From Blastocatellia bacterium (GTDB lineage: Bacteria; Acidobacteriota; Blastocatellia; Pyrinomonadales; Pyrinomonadaceae), in the NCBI GenBank assembly GCA_963828335.1, contig CAWHEH010000007.1, positions 156,047 to 220,046 on the forward strand: a stretch of DNA of 64,000 nt, written 5' to 3'. Of this stretch, positions 39,299 to 47,820 are shown in pieces. The stretch's first letter is position 1. Each line of letters starts with the position of its first letter. Position numbers and translations under genes: made by a program. Below the pieces are notes generated by a model. The model ran no database searches. It saw nothing but the letters and a program-made list of their open reading frames with translations, and was not told the origin of the DNA.

Positions 39299-39478
39299 TA
39301 ACGCTGAAAGCGTTGGCTAATGTCAGCCCAGGGTTTGCTCTGAAACCCTGGGTTCAAAACGCGAGAAGAGATTGTTCGCAACCCTGAAGGGGTTGCGCCT
39401 TCGAGAAATGAGCTGCGTTGTCCCAGGGTTGCCAAAGCGCAACCCCTGGGCTGGAATTGGCGAACGCTTTCAGCGTTA
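39299..39478 (+). mobile_element. MITE-like modular hairpin element, copy B (about 180 bp)
   Basis: Same termini as copy A (TAACGCTGAAAGCGTTGGC ... GCGAACGCTTTCAGCGTTA, 16-nt perfect TIR) and the same orientation. The middle module differs (CCCAGGGTTGCcaaaGCGCAACCCCTGGG). Confidence 0.7.
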
Positions 39479-39535
39479 CTCAATTCTGTAAATTTTAAAA
39501 GTCGATAGCGTTGCGACTTATTGTGCAAAGCACTG

Positions 39536-40324
39536 TCAACCGGTCTGCTGAGTCATCATTTCCAACTGATGACGTCCGATCGCTTTGATTTGTGAGTCTG
39601 GCCACTTCTCAAGAAACTGGTATGCAGGATGATTCAGCTTCTCCCGGCAGGGGTTGCGTGCCGCATTGTAACTGCAGATGAGCGACCACCGTGGATTTGG
39701 ACTTCTATTCGCATCTGAGCGATGAAGTAGATTGCAGTGGAAGAAGAGTGCAGACCCCGGCTCCATCTCACATTGGACCAATTCCATATGCTTGAGGGCT
39801 TCCTCGACGCGTCTTATATCGGCCCCCGTTTGTTCGCCGGCCTTACCATGATCAATGCGACCCATGTGATGCGATCCCTTGATTACTTGCAGGCAGCCGT
39901 TCTCGCAAGTTGCACGATCGATCGCAACCAGGCAGCTCGCCATGAGAGGAAACAGACAATCATTGGAGTACCAGTAACCGTAATCCTGGTGCCACTCCCA
40001 GGCTCCGCCCACGAAAGGCTCCTTAAGCATCACTTTGTGGTGGTAATGGTAAACCTCACCACCCAGGAGTTGCTCCATGGGATCAACCACGCGCGGGCTG
40101 CGAACAAAGGCCGTGTAGATGTCTTCATCCAGTGAACCGGTGATCCACAACTTAGTTTCGTTGCTTGACAGATCCAGCCGTCCACGCGCTTGTTGACCGA
40201 TTTGCGGATCGCGCTTACCAATCTTGAGGAGCAAGTCCATCTCTTCTTCGTCAAAAAGATCCGGTACCAATACATATCCGTCGCGATTAAATTGCTCGAT
40301 CTGTCTTGCGTTTAACTGAGTCAT
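39536..40324 (-). CDS. Phytanoyl-CoA dioxygenase (PhyH) family Fe(II)/2-oxoglutarate oxygenase
   Basis: ORF 39536..40465. The internal ATG at 40324 gives MTQLNARQIEQFNRDGYVLVPDLF, the typical PhyH start. HxD in WEWHQDYGYW and the distal His in NLLHRSDAN. Confidence 0.8.
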   Translation of the reverse strand: MTQLNARQIEQFNRDGYVLVPDLFDEEEMDLLLKIGKRDPQIGQQARGRLDLSSNETKLWITGSLDEDIYTAFVRSPRVVDPMEQLLGGEVYHYHHKVMLKEPFVGGAWEWHQDYGYWYSNDCLFPLMASCLVAIDRATCENGCLQVIKGSHHMGRIDHGKAGEQTGADIRRVEEALKHMELVQCEMEPGSALFFHCNLLHRSDANRSPNPRWSLICSYNAARNPCREKLNHPAYQFLEKWPDSQIKAIGRHQLEMMTQQTG

Positions 40325-40613
40325 AGATGTGTCCGAATCGATGAGCATAAGTAGATGCGCCACCTCGACGTTCCCGTCTTGCAGGCGGCCTACTGGTTTG
40401 GGATTCACGCCATGTGAAATGCGAAAGCGAGCGTTAATTATAAGAACTTGTTTGGCAAACCGCACCCCGCCCTGCCGGCTTCAGGTTATGAATTGTCGAA
40501 AGGATCTTACTCAGAGCGATTCTGCTCAAAAACAACCGGCCCATCGATATTCCAAGTGATGCCACTCATGGTAAAGTTCATCATTCGACATCGTTTATCG
40601 CTAACTACAAACT

Positions 40614-42002
40614 ATGAACCAGGAAAAACTATCGCGTCGTGAAATGCTGCGGAACGCTGCCCTGGCGGGCGTAGGAGTGGGAGTGTTTGGACGCGCAGTG
40701 GACGGCGCAGTCGCAGACGTTGAAACCGCCCTCGAAACTTTGGTAGCAGGTCCACCGGCTAATCACGAATCGATGATTGGGGTTCCGTTTCCAAAGCACG
40801 AAACAGTACGCGTTGCCATCATTGGAACAGGTCTACGCGGGAAAAGCGTGTTGGGAGAATTCCTCAAGGTTCCCGGCGTTTCAATAAACGCTCTCTGTGA
40901 CGTCGTTGAAGAAAAAGCGTTGGCGGCGAAAGCAATTGTTGAAAATGCCGGACAACGTGCGCCAGCAATCTACGTTAAGGGTGACCGGGGTTTTGAAGAG
41001 TTAGTAAAGCGAGACGATATTGACTTTGTATACATCGCTACTCCCTGGGAATGGCACGTGCCGCAAGCTCTTGCAGCCCTGAATGCTGGAAAGCATGCTG
41101 GTACGGAAGTTCCGGCAGCGTACACCGTCGAAGATTGTTGGAAACTGGTGGACACGTCCGAACGCACCAGACGGCATTGCCTCATGATGGAGAACTGCTG
41201 TTATGCCGATGATGAATTATTAATTTTGAACATGGTTCGGGCCGGAGTGCTCGGCGAATTGGTTCATGGCGAAGCTGCCTACAATCACGACCTGCGGGAA
41301 ATTCTCTTCGAAAATCGTAATGAGGGTCTGTGGCGACGGCGGCATCATACTTTGCGCGACAGCAACCTTTATCCCACCCACGGACTTGGCCCCGTAGCTA
41401 ATTACCTGAACATTAATCGGGGCGACCGATTTGATTACCTGGTATCGGTGAGTTCCGGACACTGGGGACTGGAAGCCTATCGTCAGGACAAACTTCCCGC
41501 TGACGATCCGCGGCAAAAAGAAGCCTATAAATGCGGTGATTACAATACGTCAATTGTTAAGACCTCCACTGGGCGTACAGTTATGCTTCAGCACAACGTA
41601 TCAACGCCGCGTCCATACGACCGGATCAATCTTATCCAGGGCACAAAAGGCATCTTTCGCGATTATCCCCCGCGCATCTTTATCGAAGATCAGGCGGACG
41701 GTAAACACGAATGGCAGACTGTTGATAGATATCAAGCAAAGTATGCGCATCGGCTGTGGCGCAAAGAAGGCGACATGGCCCGCAAGTTGGGCGGTCACGG
41801 TGGAATGGATTACCTGATGTGCTACCGGCTAATCGAATGCATGCGTGAAGGTTTGGTTCCTGACATGGACGTTTATGATGCCGCCACGTGGAGTGTGCCA
41901 GGACCACTTAGCGAGATCTCACTAGCAAAAGGATCCGGTCCAATTAAGTTTCCTGATTTCACTCGAGGAAGATGGAAAGAGAAACGCGTTAACATGCTCT
42001 GA
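40614..42002 (+). CDS. Tat-exported Gfo/Idh/MocA-type NAD-dependent glycosidase, GH109-like (alpha-N-acetylgalactosaminidase family)
   Basis: Twin-arginine signal LSRREMLRNAALAGVGVGVFG and Rossmann VRVAIIGTGLRGKS. IATPWEWH, MMENCCY, ILNMVRAGVLGELVHGEAAYNHDLR, LYPTHGLGP and GGHGGMDY closely follow my recollection of characterised GH109 enzymes. Confidence 0.75.
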   Translation: MNQEKLSRREMLRNAALAGVGVGVFGRAVDGAVADVETALETLVAGPPANHESMIGVPFPKHETVRVAIIGTGLRGKSVLGEFLKVPGVSINALCDVVEEKALAAKAIVENAGQRAPAIYVKGDRGFEELVKRDDIDFVYIATPWEWHVPQALAALNAGKHAGTEVPAAYTVEDCWKLVDTSERTRRHCLMMENCCYADDELLILNMVRAGVLGELVHGEAAYNHDLREILFENRNEGLWRRRHHTLRDSNLYPTHGLGPVANYLNINRGDRFDYLVSVSSGHWGLEAYRQDKLPADDPRQKEAYKCGDYNTSIVKTSTGRTVMLQHNVSTPRPYDRINLIQGTKGIFRDYPPRIFIEDQADGKHEWQTVDRYQAKYAHRLWRKEGDMARKLGGHGGMDYLMCYRLIECMREGLVPDMDVYDAATWSVPGPLSEISLAKGSGPIKFPDFTRGRWKEKRVNML

Positions 42003-42554
42003 GTGATAAAAGGAAAACTGGAGCAAGACTTTTGGTCCTCACTTTGATATCCGGACTTTCTAGAGGACCACAGGCTCGAGAAATAAGGACAAACTTCATA
42101 GTTTCCCTTCGGCATCGCCACTGATTCCATTTGAGCAACTCCATGTCAACGCTATTTTCGTCAATCTAGCTTAAGAAGCACTCGATACGAGAGAATTCTG
42201 GGGCTCATTCTCTACTGATTTTGTATGAGTTCGTCTGTGTTCGGTAAGTATTCAATATGCATATCTGGTTGTCACCGCTGTTACCAATGTCACGGAAGGT
42301 CACACCCTGTCGCTCAATGAGACCTTCAGTACAACGCAGAAACAATGCGATTCACTCTATGACTTCGATAGGGAGTATTCCTCAAAATGCTCTGATGCTT
42401 GTCTACAAATTATCCGTGAACGTCATGGTGATGGGTATCGGCTTCCACAGTTTGTCTTGCGTTCATCTTTGTATTTCTCCTTAGAGTCTAAGCGCTGGTT
42501 TAAACTGCGCGGCTGCGCCGGCACCTTATCCGCCTCCCCGAATAAGGCGTGCTT

Positions 42555-42905
42555 TCAGCCTTTGGGCGTAATCTTGCCCGCGAATGACTGGGCCACGATC
42601 TTACCGTCCCGCACGACGAACGTGTCCGTGCCCAACTCGTACACGTTGTCGGCAGTCTCTGCGGTCCACAGGATGTAAGCATAGTCGCCCTCGACTGACT
42701 GCTGCTTCATCCTGAACGTTGAGCCAGGTTTTCCAAACTCTGCAATCATCGCCTGGAACAACGGCCTAATCGCGTCAGCTCCCCTGAGCGGTCCGTCCGG
42801 CGTGAACAGGACGGCACCCGGCGCATAGTCAGAGAGGATGCCCTTGAGGTCGCCCTCGCCAAAAAACTTTAAGTGGTGGTCTAAAACGTCTTTCGTCGAA
42901 GCCAT
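42555..42905 (-). CDS. SnoaL-like / NTF2-fold protein
   Basis: ORF 42555..42950. ATG at 42905 lies behind a strong AAGGAGG (8-nt spacing). Small alpha+beta cone sequence (VLDHHLKFFGEGDLKGILSDYAPGAVLFTPDG). Confidence 0.7.
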   Translation of the reverse strand: MASTKDVLDHHLKFFGEGDLKGILSDYAPGAVLFTPDGPLRGADAIRPLFQAMIAEFGKPGSTFRMKQQSVEGDYAYILWTAETADNVYELGTDTFVVRDGKIVAQSFAGKITPKG

Positions 42906-42946
42906 CTCTAAGTCCTCCTTTGTTGTTTCTGGCGCATCGTGCTCTG

Positions 42947-44332
42947 TCATGCCGGAGCGATATTCTGGTTCATGCGAAAAAGGTTGTTCGGATCGTACTC
43001 GCGCTTCACCTGGACAAGGCGATCGTAGTTGGGACCATAGGCAGAGCGCACGCGATCGGTTTCATCAGCGGTCATGAAATTGATGTAGACGCCGCCGCTG
43101 GCGAATGGTGTCGTGGCCTTGAAGAAGTCGCGGGCCCAGCGAACGCAGCGCTCGTCGTCGGCCTCGTCCTCCCAGCGGCCGTGGAAGTTCATGACGAACT
43201 TGGCGTCGCGCTGCGCGTACGCTGCAGAGTCAGGGGCGGGCCGCGTCGTCGCGCCGCCCAGGGCGCCGAAAAAGATCTCGCACTGTGGCGAAGGCAGCTT
43301 CCCGACGTACTCGACGACGACGTCGAAGAGCCCGTCCTGGAGAGTTGTGAAATTATGAGACTTCCAGTAATTGCGCACCCCGGCGGTCAGTAGCGGATCG
43401 AAGGTTTGCTGCCACGCAACGTAAGGCTGGACGCCGACGTGTTCGCCCCATGGGGTACCGAACTTGCGCAACGGCTCGACGAGGGGCTGACCCTCCTTCG
43501 GGTCACCCGCATAGATCAGTGCGAGCGCGATCATCTCCTGGCCATGAAATTTTTCGGGGAGAAACGGCAGCGGCGGTGCCTTGCGCAGGACGGTCCACAC
43601 ATTCAGCTCTTCCGGCGCGTTGGCAATGTATTCGCGGTACTGCTGCAGTACCGACTTCGCCTCGGAGATCGGGTACACGATGAGTCCACTTAGCACGTCC
43701 GGGCCGACCGGGTGGAGTCGGAACTCGAAGCGAGTAACCACGCCGAAGTTTCCTCCTCCGCCTCGGAGAGCCCAGAAGAGGTCGGGGCGCTCGGTCGCGC
43801 TGGCGCGCACCACCTCGCCGGCCGCGGTCACGACTTCGGCAGACTCGAGGTTGTCTACGGTCAGGCCGTACTTGCGACTAAGCCAACCGAAGCCCCCTCC
43901 GAGCGTCAGTCCAGCGATGCCAGTCGTCGAGTTGATGCCGACTGGCGTGGCGAGGCCATGGGCCTGGGTGGCGGCGTCAAGGTCCGCGAGCGTGGCGCCG
44001 CCTTCGATGGTAACGCGGCGCGCGCCGGGGTCGACCTGGGCCGCCTTCATCTTCGAAAGGTCGATCATGAGCCCGTCATCGCACACGGCATTGCCGGCGA
44101 TGTTGTGCCCGCCACCGCGGATGGCGAGCAGGAGATGGTTGTCCCGCGCGAAGTTCACCGCCCGGACGACGTCTTGTGTTGCGGCGCAGCGAGCGATGAT
44201 CGCAGGGCGTTTTTGGATCATCGCGTTCCAGATTTGACGTGCACTATCGTAGGCGCCGTCGCTCGGAAGAAGAATCTCTCCCTTAAAGCCAACTTTTAAC
44301 TCCTCAACCTTACTGCTCTGTAAATTCGTCAT
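42947..44332 (-). CDS. FAD-linked oxidase, VAO/berberine-bridge-enzyme-like
   Basis: ORF 42947..44437. ATG at 44332 lies behind GGAGAGGGAG. The FAD_binding_4 region has LLAIRGGGHNIAG. The C-terminal BBE-like tail is GGVYINFMTADE...YGPNYDRLVQVKREYDPNNLFRMNQNI. Confidence 0.85.
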   Translation of the reverse strand: MTNLQSSKVEELKVGFKGEILLPSDGAYDSARQIWNAMIQKRPAIIARCAATQDVVRAVNFARDNHLLLAIRGGGHNIAGNAVCDDGLMIDLSKMKAAQVDPGARRVTIEGGATLADLDAATQAHGLATPVGINSTTGIAGLTLGGGFGWLSRKYGLTVDNLESAEVVTAAGEVVRASATERPDLFWALRGGGGNFGVVTRFEFRLHPVGPDVLSGLIVYPISEAKSVLQQYREYIANAPEELNVWTVLRKAPPLPFLPEKFHGQEMIALALIYAGDPKEGQPLVEPLRKFGTPWGEHVGVQPYVAWQQTFDPLLTAGVRNYWKSHNFTTLQDGLFDVVVEYVGKLPSPQCEIFFGALGGATTRPAPDSAAYAQRDAKFVMNFHGRWEDEADDERCVRWARDFFKATTPFASGGVYINFMTADETDRVRSAYGPNYDRLVQVKREYDPNNLFRMNQNIAPA

Positions 44333-44444
44333 GTGTTTCTCCCTCTCCTGTAATTTGGCCAACAGCTCCAGGCAATCGAATTGACCCGAGAGCGGCTGAC
44401 GCCCACTGTGTGCGTTTGAGTCAGCGCGACGACTCATCGCTAGT

Positions 44445-45311
44445 TTAGCGAGTAACTGCGGTCTCTGGAACGGCCATCCCGTTGCAAGTCGCTATTATCT
44501 CAAGGTATTCGGCATCAACCTTGGTGGTATCGTCTTTAGCCTTGTTATGTGCGGACCACAAGGCAACCAGTTCACTGCGCAGTTTCTCTTGCCCGTCCAT
44601 GTCGAGCGATGCAAACGCCCGCGACATTGGACCATAGTTGGTACGGAAGAATTCCACTACCTCATCTGGTGGGAATGGATAATCAAAATGATAGATTTGG
44701 CGTTCACACTTCAAATGAGCAATCCCGTTACGAAGGCGTCTACGAACCGTTTCTTCATCACCCCACAGTACGGGCGAGGGCATGTTCGACGGAGCGATAT
44801 GCTTGGCGATCGTCTTAAACATGAGCCCGATGAATCCGTCGGGTGTCCAATTCGCCAGAGCGATCAATCCACCTGGGCGGCACACACGCCTGAGTTCAGT
44901 CGCGACCAGATCCGGACGCGGCGCGAACATCGCGCCGACTAAACTGACCACGGCGTCGAACTGGCCGTCGGCATATGGGAGCGCTTCGGCATCTCCCTCT
45001 TCAAAGACGATATTAAGTCGCTCGATGGCGGCGCGGGCCTGGGCTTTCTCGATCCAGTTAGTGGCAATGTCACAACCGGTAACCTTTGCACCCGCCCTCG
45101 CGGCGATCAGCGCCAGTTGTCCGGCGCCGCAACCAACGTCTAGCAGACGAGTTCCGGGTTTAACTCCCAGTCGCAGGAAAAACTGCTCTGCGTCCTTCTC
45201 CATAAAGCGTGAGAAAAGGTCGTAGTTCCCGGTCATCCATGTCGTTTTCAGACGAGTTTTAAGTTCGTTAAAGTCACTGCTGGTCTGTGTCTCTATCGCA
45301 ACCGCACTCAT
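44445..45311 (-). CDS. Class I SAM-dependent methyltransferase
   Basis: Motif I is RLLDVGCGAGQLALIAA. AAGGAG SD. 288 aa. Confidence 0.85.
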   Translation of the reverse strand: MSAVAIETQTSSDFNELKTRLKTTWMTGNYDLFSRFMEKDAEQFFLRLGVKPGTRLLDVGCGAGQLALIAARAGAKVTGCDIATNWIEKAQARAAIERLNIVFEEGDAEALPYADGQFDAVVSLVGAMFAPRPDLVATELRRVCRPGGLIALANWTPDGFIGLMFKTIAKHIAPSNMPSPVLWGDEETVRRRLRNGIAHLKCERQIYHFDYPFPPDEVVEFFRTNYGPMSRAFASLDMDGQEKLRSELVALWSAHNKAKDDTTKVDAEYLEIIATCNGMAVPETAVTR

Positions 45312-45389
45312 GTTGGCAATCTCCTTCGAACTTGTTTCTCTTTTCGTGCTTCCCGCATTTCACTTCACTATACGGCTGGCAAGACTCTG

Positions 45390-45415
45390 ATACTTGATTG
45401 ATCGTCCCGCATTCT
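45390..45415 (+). promoter_or_regulatory. Candidate AraC-type operator half (direct repeat copy 1)
   Basis: ATACTTGATTGATCGTCCCGCATTCT matches 45548-45573 at 22/26 in the same orientation. It lies inside the divergent methyltransferase/AraC intergenic region. Confidence 0.3.
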
Positions 45416-45547
45416 TGTCACAAACCCCCAGTTCAGTTTCAGAGAGCGACGACGTTGCCCGCAGCGTTTGAGCAAAAGCATGAAGGCCAACAGCCTCCCG
45501 CTGATTTTGGTTCTGAACCTGCCACACTCTCCGACCGAAAGGCTTGA

Positions 45548-45573
45548 ATACTTGATTGGTCGTCCGGTATTCT
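45548..45573 (+). promoter_or_regulatory. Candidate AraC-type operator half (direct repeat copy 2)
   Basis: ATACTTGATTGGTCGTCCGGTATTCT lies 33 nt upstream of the AraC-family ATG. Confidence 0.3.
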
Positions 45574-45606
45574 CGCGCGAACGCTCAATTCAACGAGGCT
45601 GCTTAG

Positions 45607-46605
45607 ATGGATGTGCTTTCCGAAGTCTTGAAAGTCGTCAAGCTTGAGGGAGCGGTGTTCTTCAATGGAGAGTTTACTGCTCCCTGGTGTTTCCGCTCAT
45701 CCGGATCAACTGGAATCGCCACCTATCTAGCTCCTGAAGCAGGACACCTGATCCCTTATCACTACTTAACCGAGGGTCGCGCTTATGCGCGGTTGCTGGA
45801 GGGCAAGCGCGAGGAGCTGACCGCCGGCGACATTGTCATCTTCCCGCACGGAGATGCCCACCTATTGGGGAACGGCTCCCCCGCAAGACCCGTCGACTCT
45901 TTTGAGACGTTTGCGAAGAATCTAACCCAGGGACTTAAACTGGCCCGCTTTGGAGGTGGTGGCGAGATCACTAAATTCATCTGCGGATTCATGGGCTGCG
46001 ATCCCCGGCTGAGTGAGGTCTTTCTGGCCGGCTTGCCGAAAATCTTAAAAGTGCACGTGGCCAACGAACCCTCAGGCGAATGGATCCTAAACTCAATCCG
46101 ATTCTCGCTGGCCGATGGGGGCGAATCGAGCGCCGGCAGCGGCCTGGTGTCCACCAAACTATCTGAAGTATTGTTCGTCGAAACGTTGCGACGCTATATC
46201 AACGCACTTCCTCCCGACCAGATCGGTTGGCTGGCGGGCGCTCGCGACCCGATCATCGGTGAAGCACTCAACTTGCTTCATAAAGATCCGGCAGATCCAT
46301 GGACAGTTTCGGATCTGGCGCGGCGCATCGGCCTGTCACGTACGCGGTTGGCTGAGCGCTTCCGCCATTTCCTGGGAGAGTCACCGATGGCTTATCTGGC
46401 CCAATGGCGGCTGAAACTCGGGGCAGAAATGCTCCAGTCGACCGAGGACAGCGTGGCCCAAGTCGCTCTCGCGGTGGGCTATGGCTCAGAAGCGGCCTTC
46501 AACCGTGCGTTCAAGCGGGAGTTTGCTTGTCCTCCGGCGCAATTCCGTCGCAAGCGTAAGGCCACACCGGCCCAGCACTCTCAAAAGAGCCCCCTGCACG
46601 GCTGA
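45607..46605 (+). CDS. AraC-family transcriptional regulator with N-terminal cupin-like sensor domain
   Basis: The C-terminal double HTH has WTVSDLARRIGLSRTRLAERFRHFLGESPMAYL...VAQVALAVGYGSEAAFNRAFKREF. The N-terminal region is of the Cupin_6 type. Confidence 0.85.
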   Translation: MDVLSEVLKVVKLEGAVFFNGEFTAPWCFRSSGSTGIATYLAPEAGHLIPYHYLTEGRAYARLLEGKREELTAGDIVIFPHGDAHLLGNGSPARPVDSFETFAKNLTQGLKLARFGGGGEITKFICGFMGCDPRLSEVFLAGLPKILKVHVANEPSGEWILNSIRFSLADGGESSAGSGLVSTKLSEVLFVETLRRYINALPPDQIGWLAGARDPIIGEALNLLHKDPADPWTVSDLARRIGLSRTRLAERFRHFLGESPMAYLAQWRLKLGAEMLQSTEDSVAQVALAVGYGSEAAFNRAFKREFACPPAQFRRKRKATPAQHSQKSPLHG

Positions 46606-46780
46606 TCGCATTTATTGGGATTTTTCGTCCGGTTACGTCTTGCGACAAAATGTCGTCATCTTAGCGTCATCCGAGGGCACATCATCATCGCTCAGTCTTC
46701 CTGGCCTCGCAGGTGTTCTGTCACTTAACCAGAATTCACCCGTCTTTTGCCAACGTGCTTGGAGGCAAGGGTCGATTCGA

Positions 46781-47779
46781 CTAACTCTTTCGCGGCTGGC
46801 AAGGCAGGTCGTGGATGCAGATGCTCTCCATTGCCCGCACTGCGGAATTAAACGCCGTTATGATCGATCCGCCTTTCTTGCCTACGACCAAATCACCGAG
46901 CAGATAGAGGCCGGGCACGTTAGTCGTGCCCGCTTCATCGAACATCGCGCCGTCGCCATTGAAGGCAATTCCCAATGTGTGCAGGAAGTTGGTAGGCGTC
47001 GAGCCTCCGAGCGCAAATATTACGCGATCAAGGAGACGAGCTGGTTGTTCCTCTTCAACAAAGCTAATGCGCGGTCGTCCGGCCTCATCCTCGATTTCTT
47101 TGATGTTTGAGTTTCGGATTATTTCAACCTCACCACGCTGTTCCATGGCTAGAAGTGCATCGTGGTTCTGCTGATTGAGTCGCGTGAAATCTGCCTTTCG
47201 ATATGATAGCGCGATGCGATTACCTTGTGGGCGTAAATACTGAACGTATTCAGCCGCCGTATCGCCTCCGCCAACTACCAGGACATCTTCGTTTTGAATC
47301 TCGAACGAAGTCATATCAAAGAGAAGGCGTTCCTTAAGTGACGGTGGTAGTCGATACTCCTTCGGCTTATTCGGCCGGCCAAATATACCGATGGCGCACG
47401 CGAGTACCTTGCTTTCATAAACACCTTGCGATGACTCGACTAGAAAACGCGCCCCTCCTTCTTCAGGTCTACGCATCCCGAAAACCTCGGCGTTGAATTG
47501 AATGTTGATTTGATAATCGCTGATGATCTGATCGAAAAACTGAAGAGTCTCTGGCTTAGTCATATCTCTAACGCACAACAAACCTGCGCAACGGGCGGCG
47601 AACCCTTTGTAGTTCGCGGTAGTTAGCTTTTTCTCGGGATAGAGTTGTCTGATTGCCGAGTTGTGCGTCGGCCCTTTCTCGAGAATCAGAATTTGCGACG
47701 GATCAATACCAGAGGCAAAGGCTTCAGCTGCCAACGCAATCCCGCCGGGTCCGGCGCCAATAATTATTAGGTCATGCAT
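46781..47779 (-). CDS. FAD-dependent pyridine-nucleotide-disulfide oxidoreductase (thioredoxin-reductase-like / YpdA-like)
   Basis: The N-terminal dinucleotide motif is LIIIGAGPGGIALAAEA, with a second Rossmann at VLVVGGGDTAAE. I saw no CxxC redox pair. Confidence 0.7.
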   Translation of the reverse strand: MHDLIIIGAGPGGIALAAEAFASGIDPSQILILEKGPTHNSAIRQLYPEKKLTTANYKGFAARCAGLLCVRDMTKPETLQFFDQIISDYQINIQFNAEVFGMRRPEEGGARFLVESSQGVYESKVLACAIGIFGRPNKPKEYRLPPSLKERLLFDMTSFEIQNEDVLVVGGGDTAAEYVQYLRPQGNRIALSYRKADFTRLNQQNHDALLAMEQRGEVEIIRNSNIKEIEDEAGRPRISFVEEEQPARLLDRVIFALGGSTPTNFLHTLGIAFNGDGAMFDEAGTTNVPGLYLLGDLVVGKKGGSIITAFNSAVRAMESICIHDLPCQPRKS

Positions 47780-47820
47780 GAGTCACTGCTTTTTGTGCCG
47801 CTGAACCGTGCTCATGAACC

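Noticed and set aside
16838-39478. The idea that the inter-gene palindromes are integron attC sites separating gene cassettes, since all the genes share one strand.
   Set aside because: There is no intI integrase or attI. The supposed cassettes are multi-gene and several kb long. The arms lack the RYYYAAC/GTTRRRY core sites and belong to unrelated sequence families.
42410-42466. The 18-codon His-rich mini-ORF (MNARQTVEADTHHHDVHG) with a GGAGA SD on the minus strand, as a real small protein or leader peptide.
   Set aside because: It lies downstream of the SnoaL-like gene rather than upstream of any gene, so it is not a leader. It is very short and I have no conservation evidence. I keep it only as a note within the junction finding.
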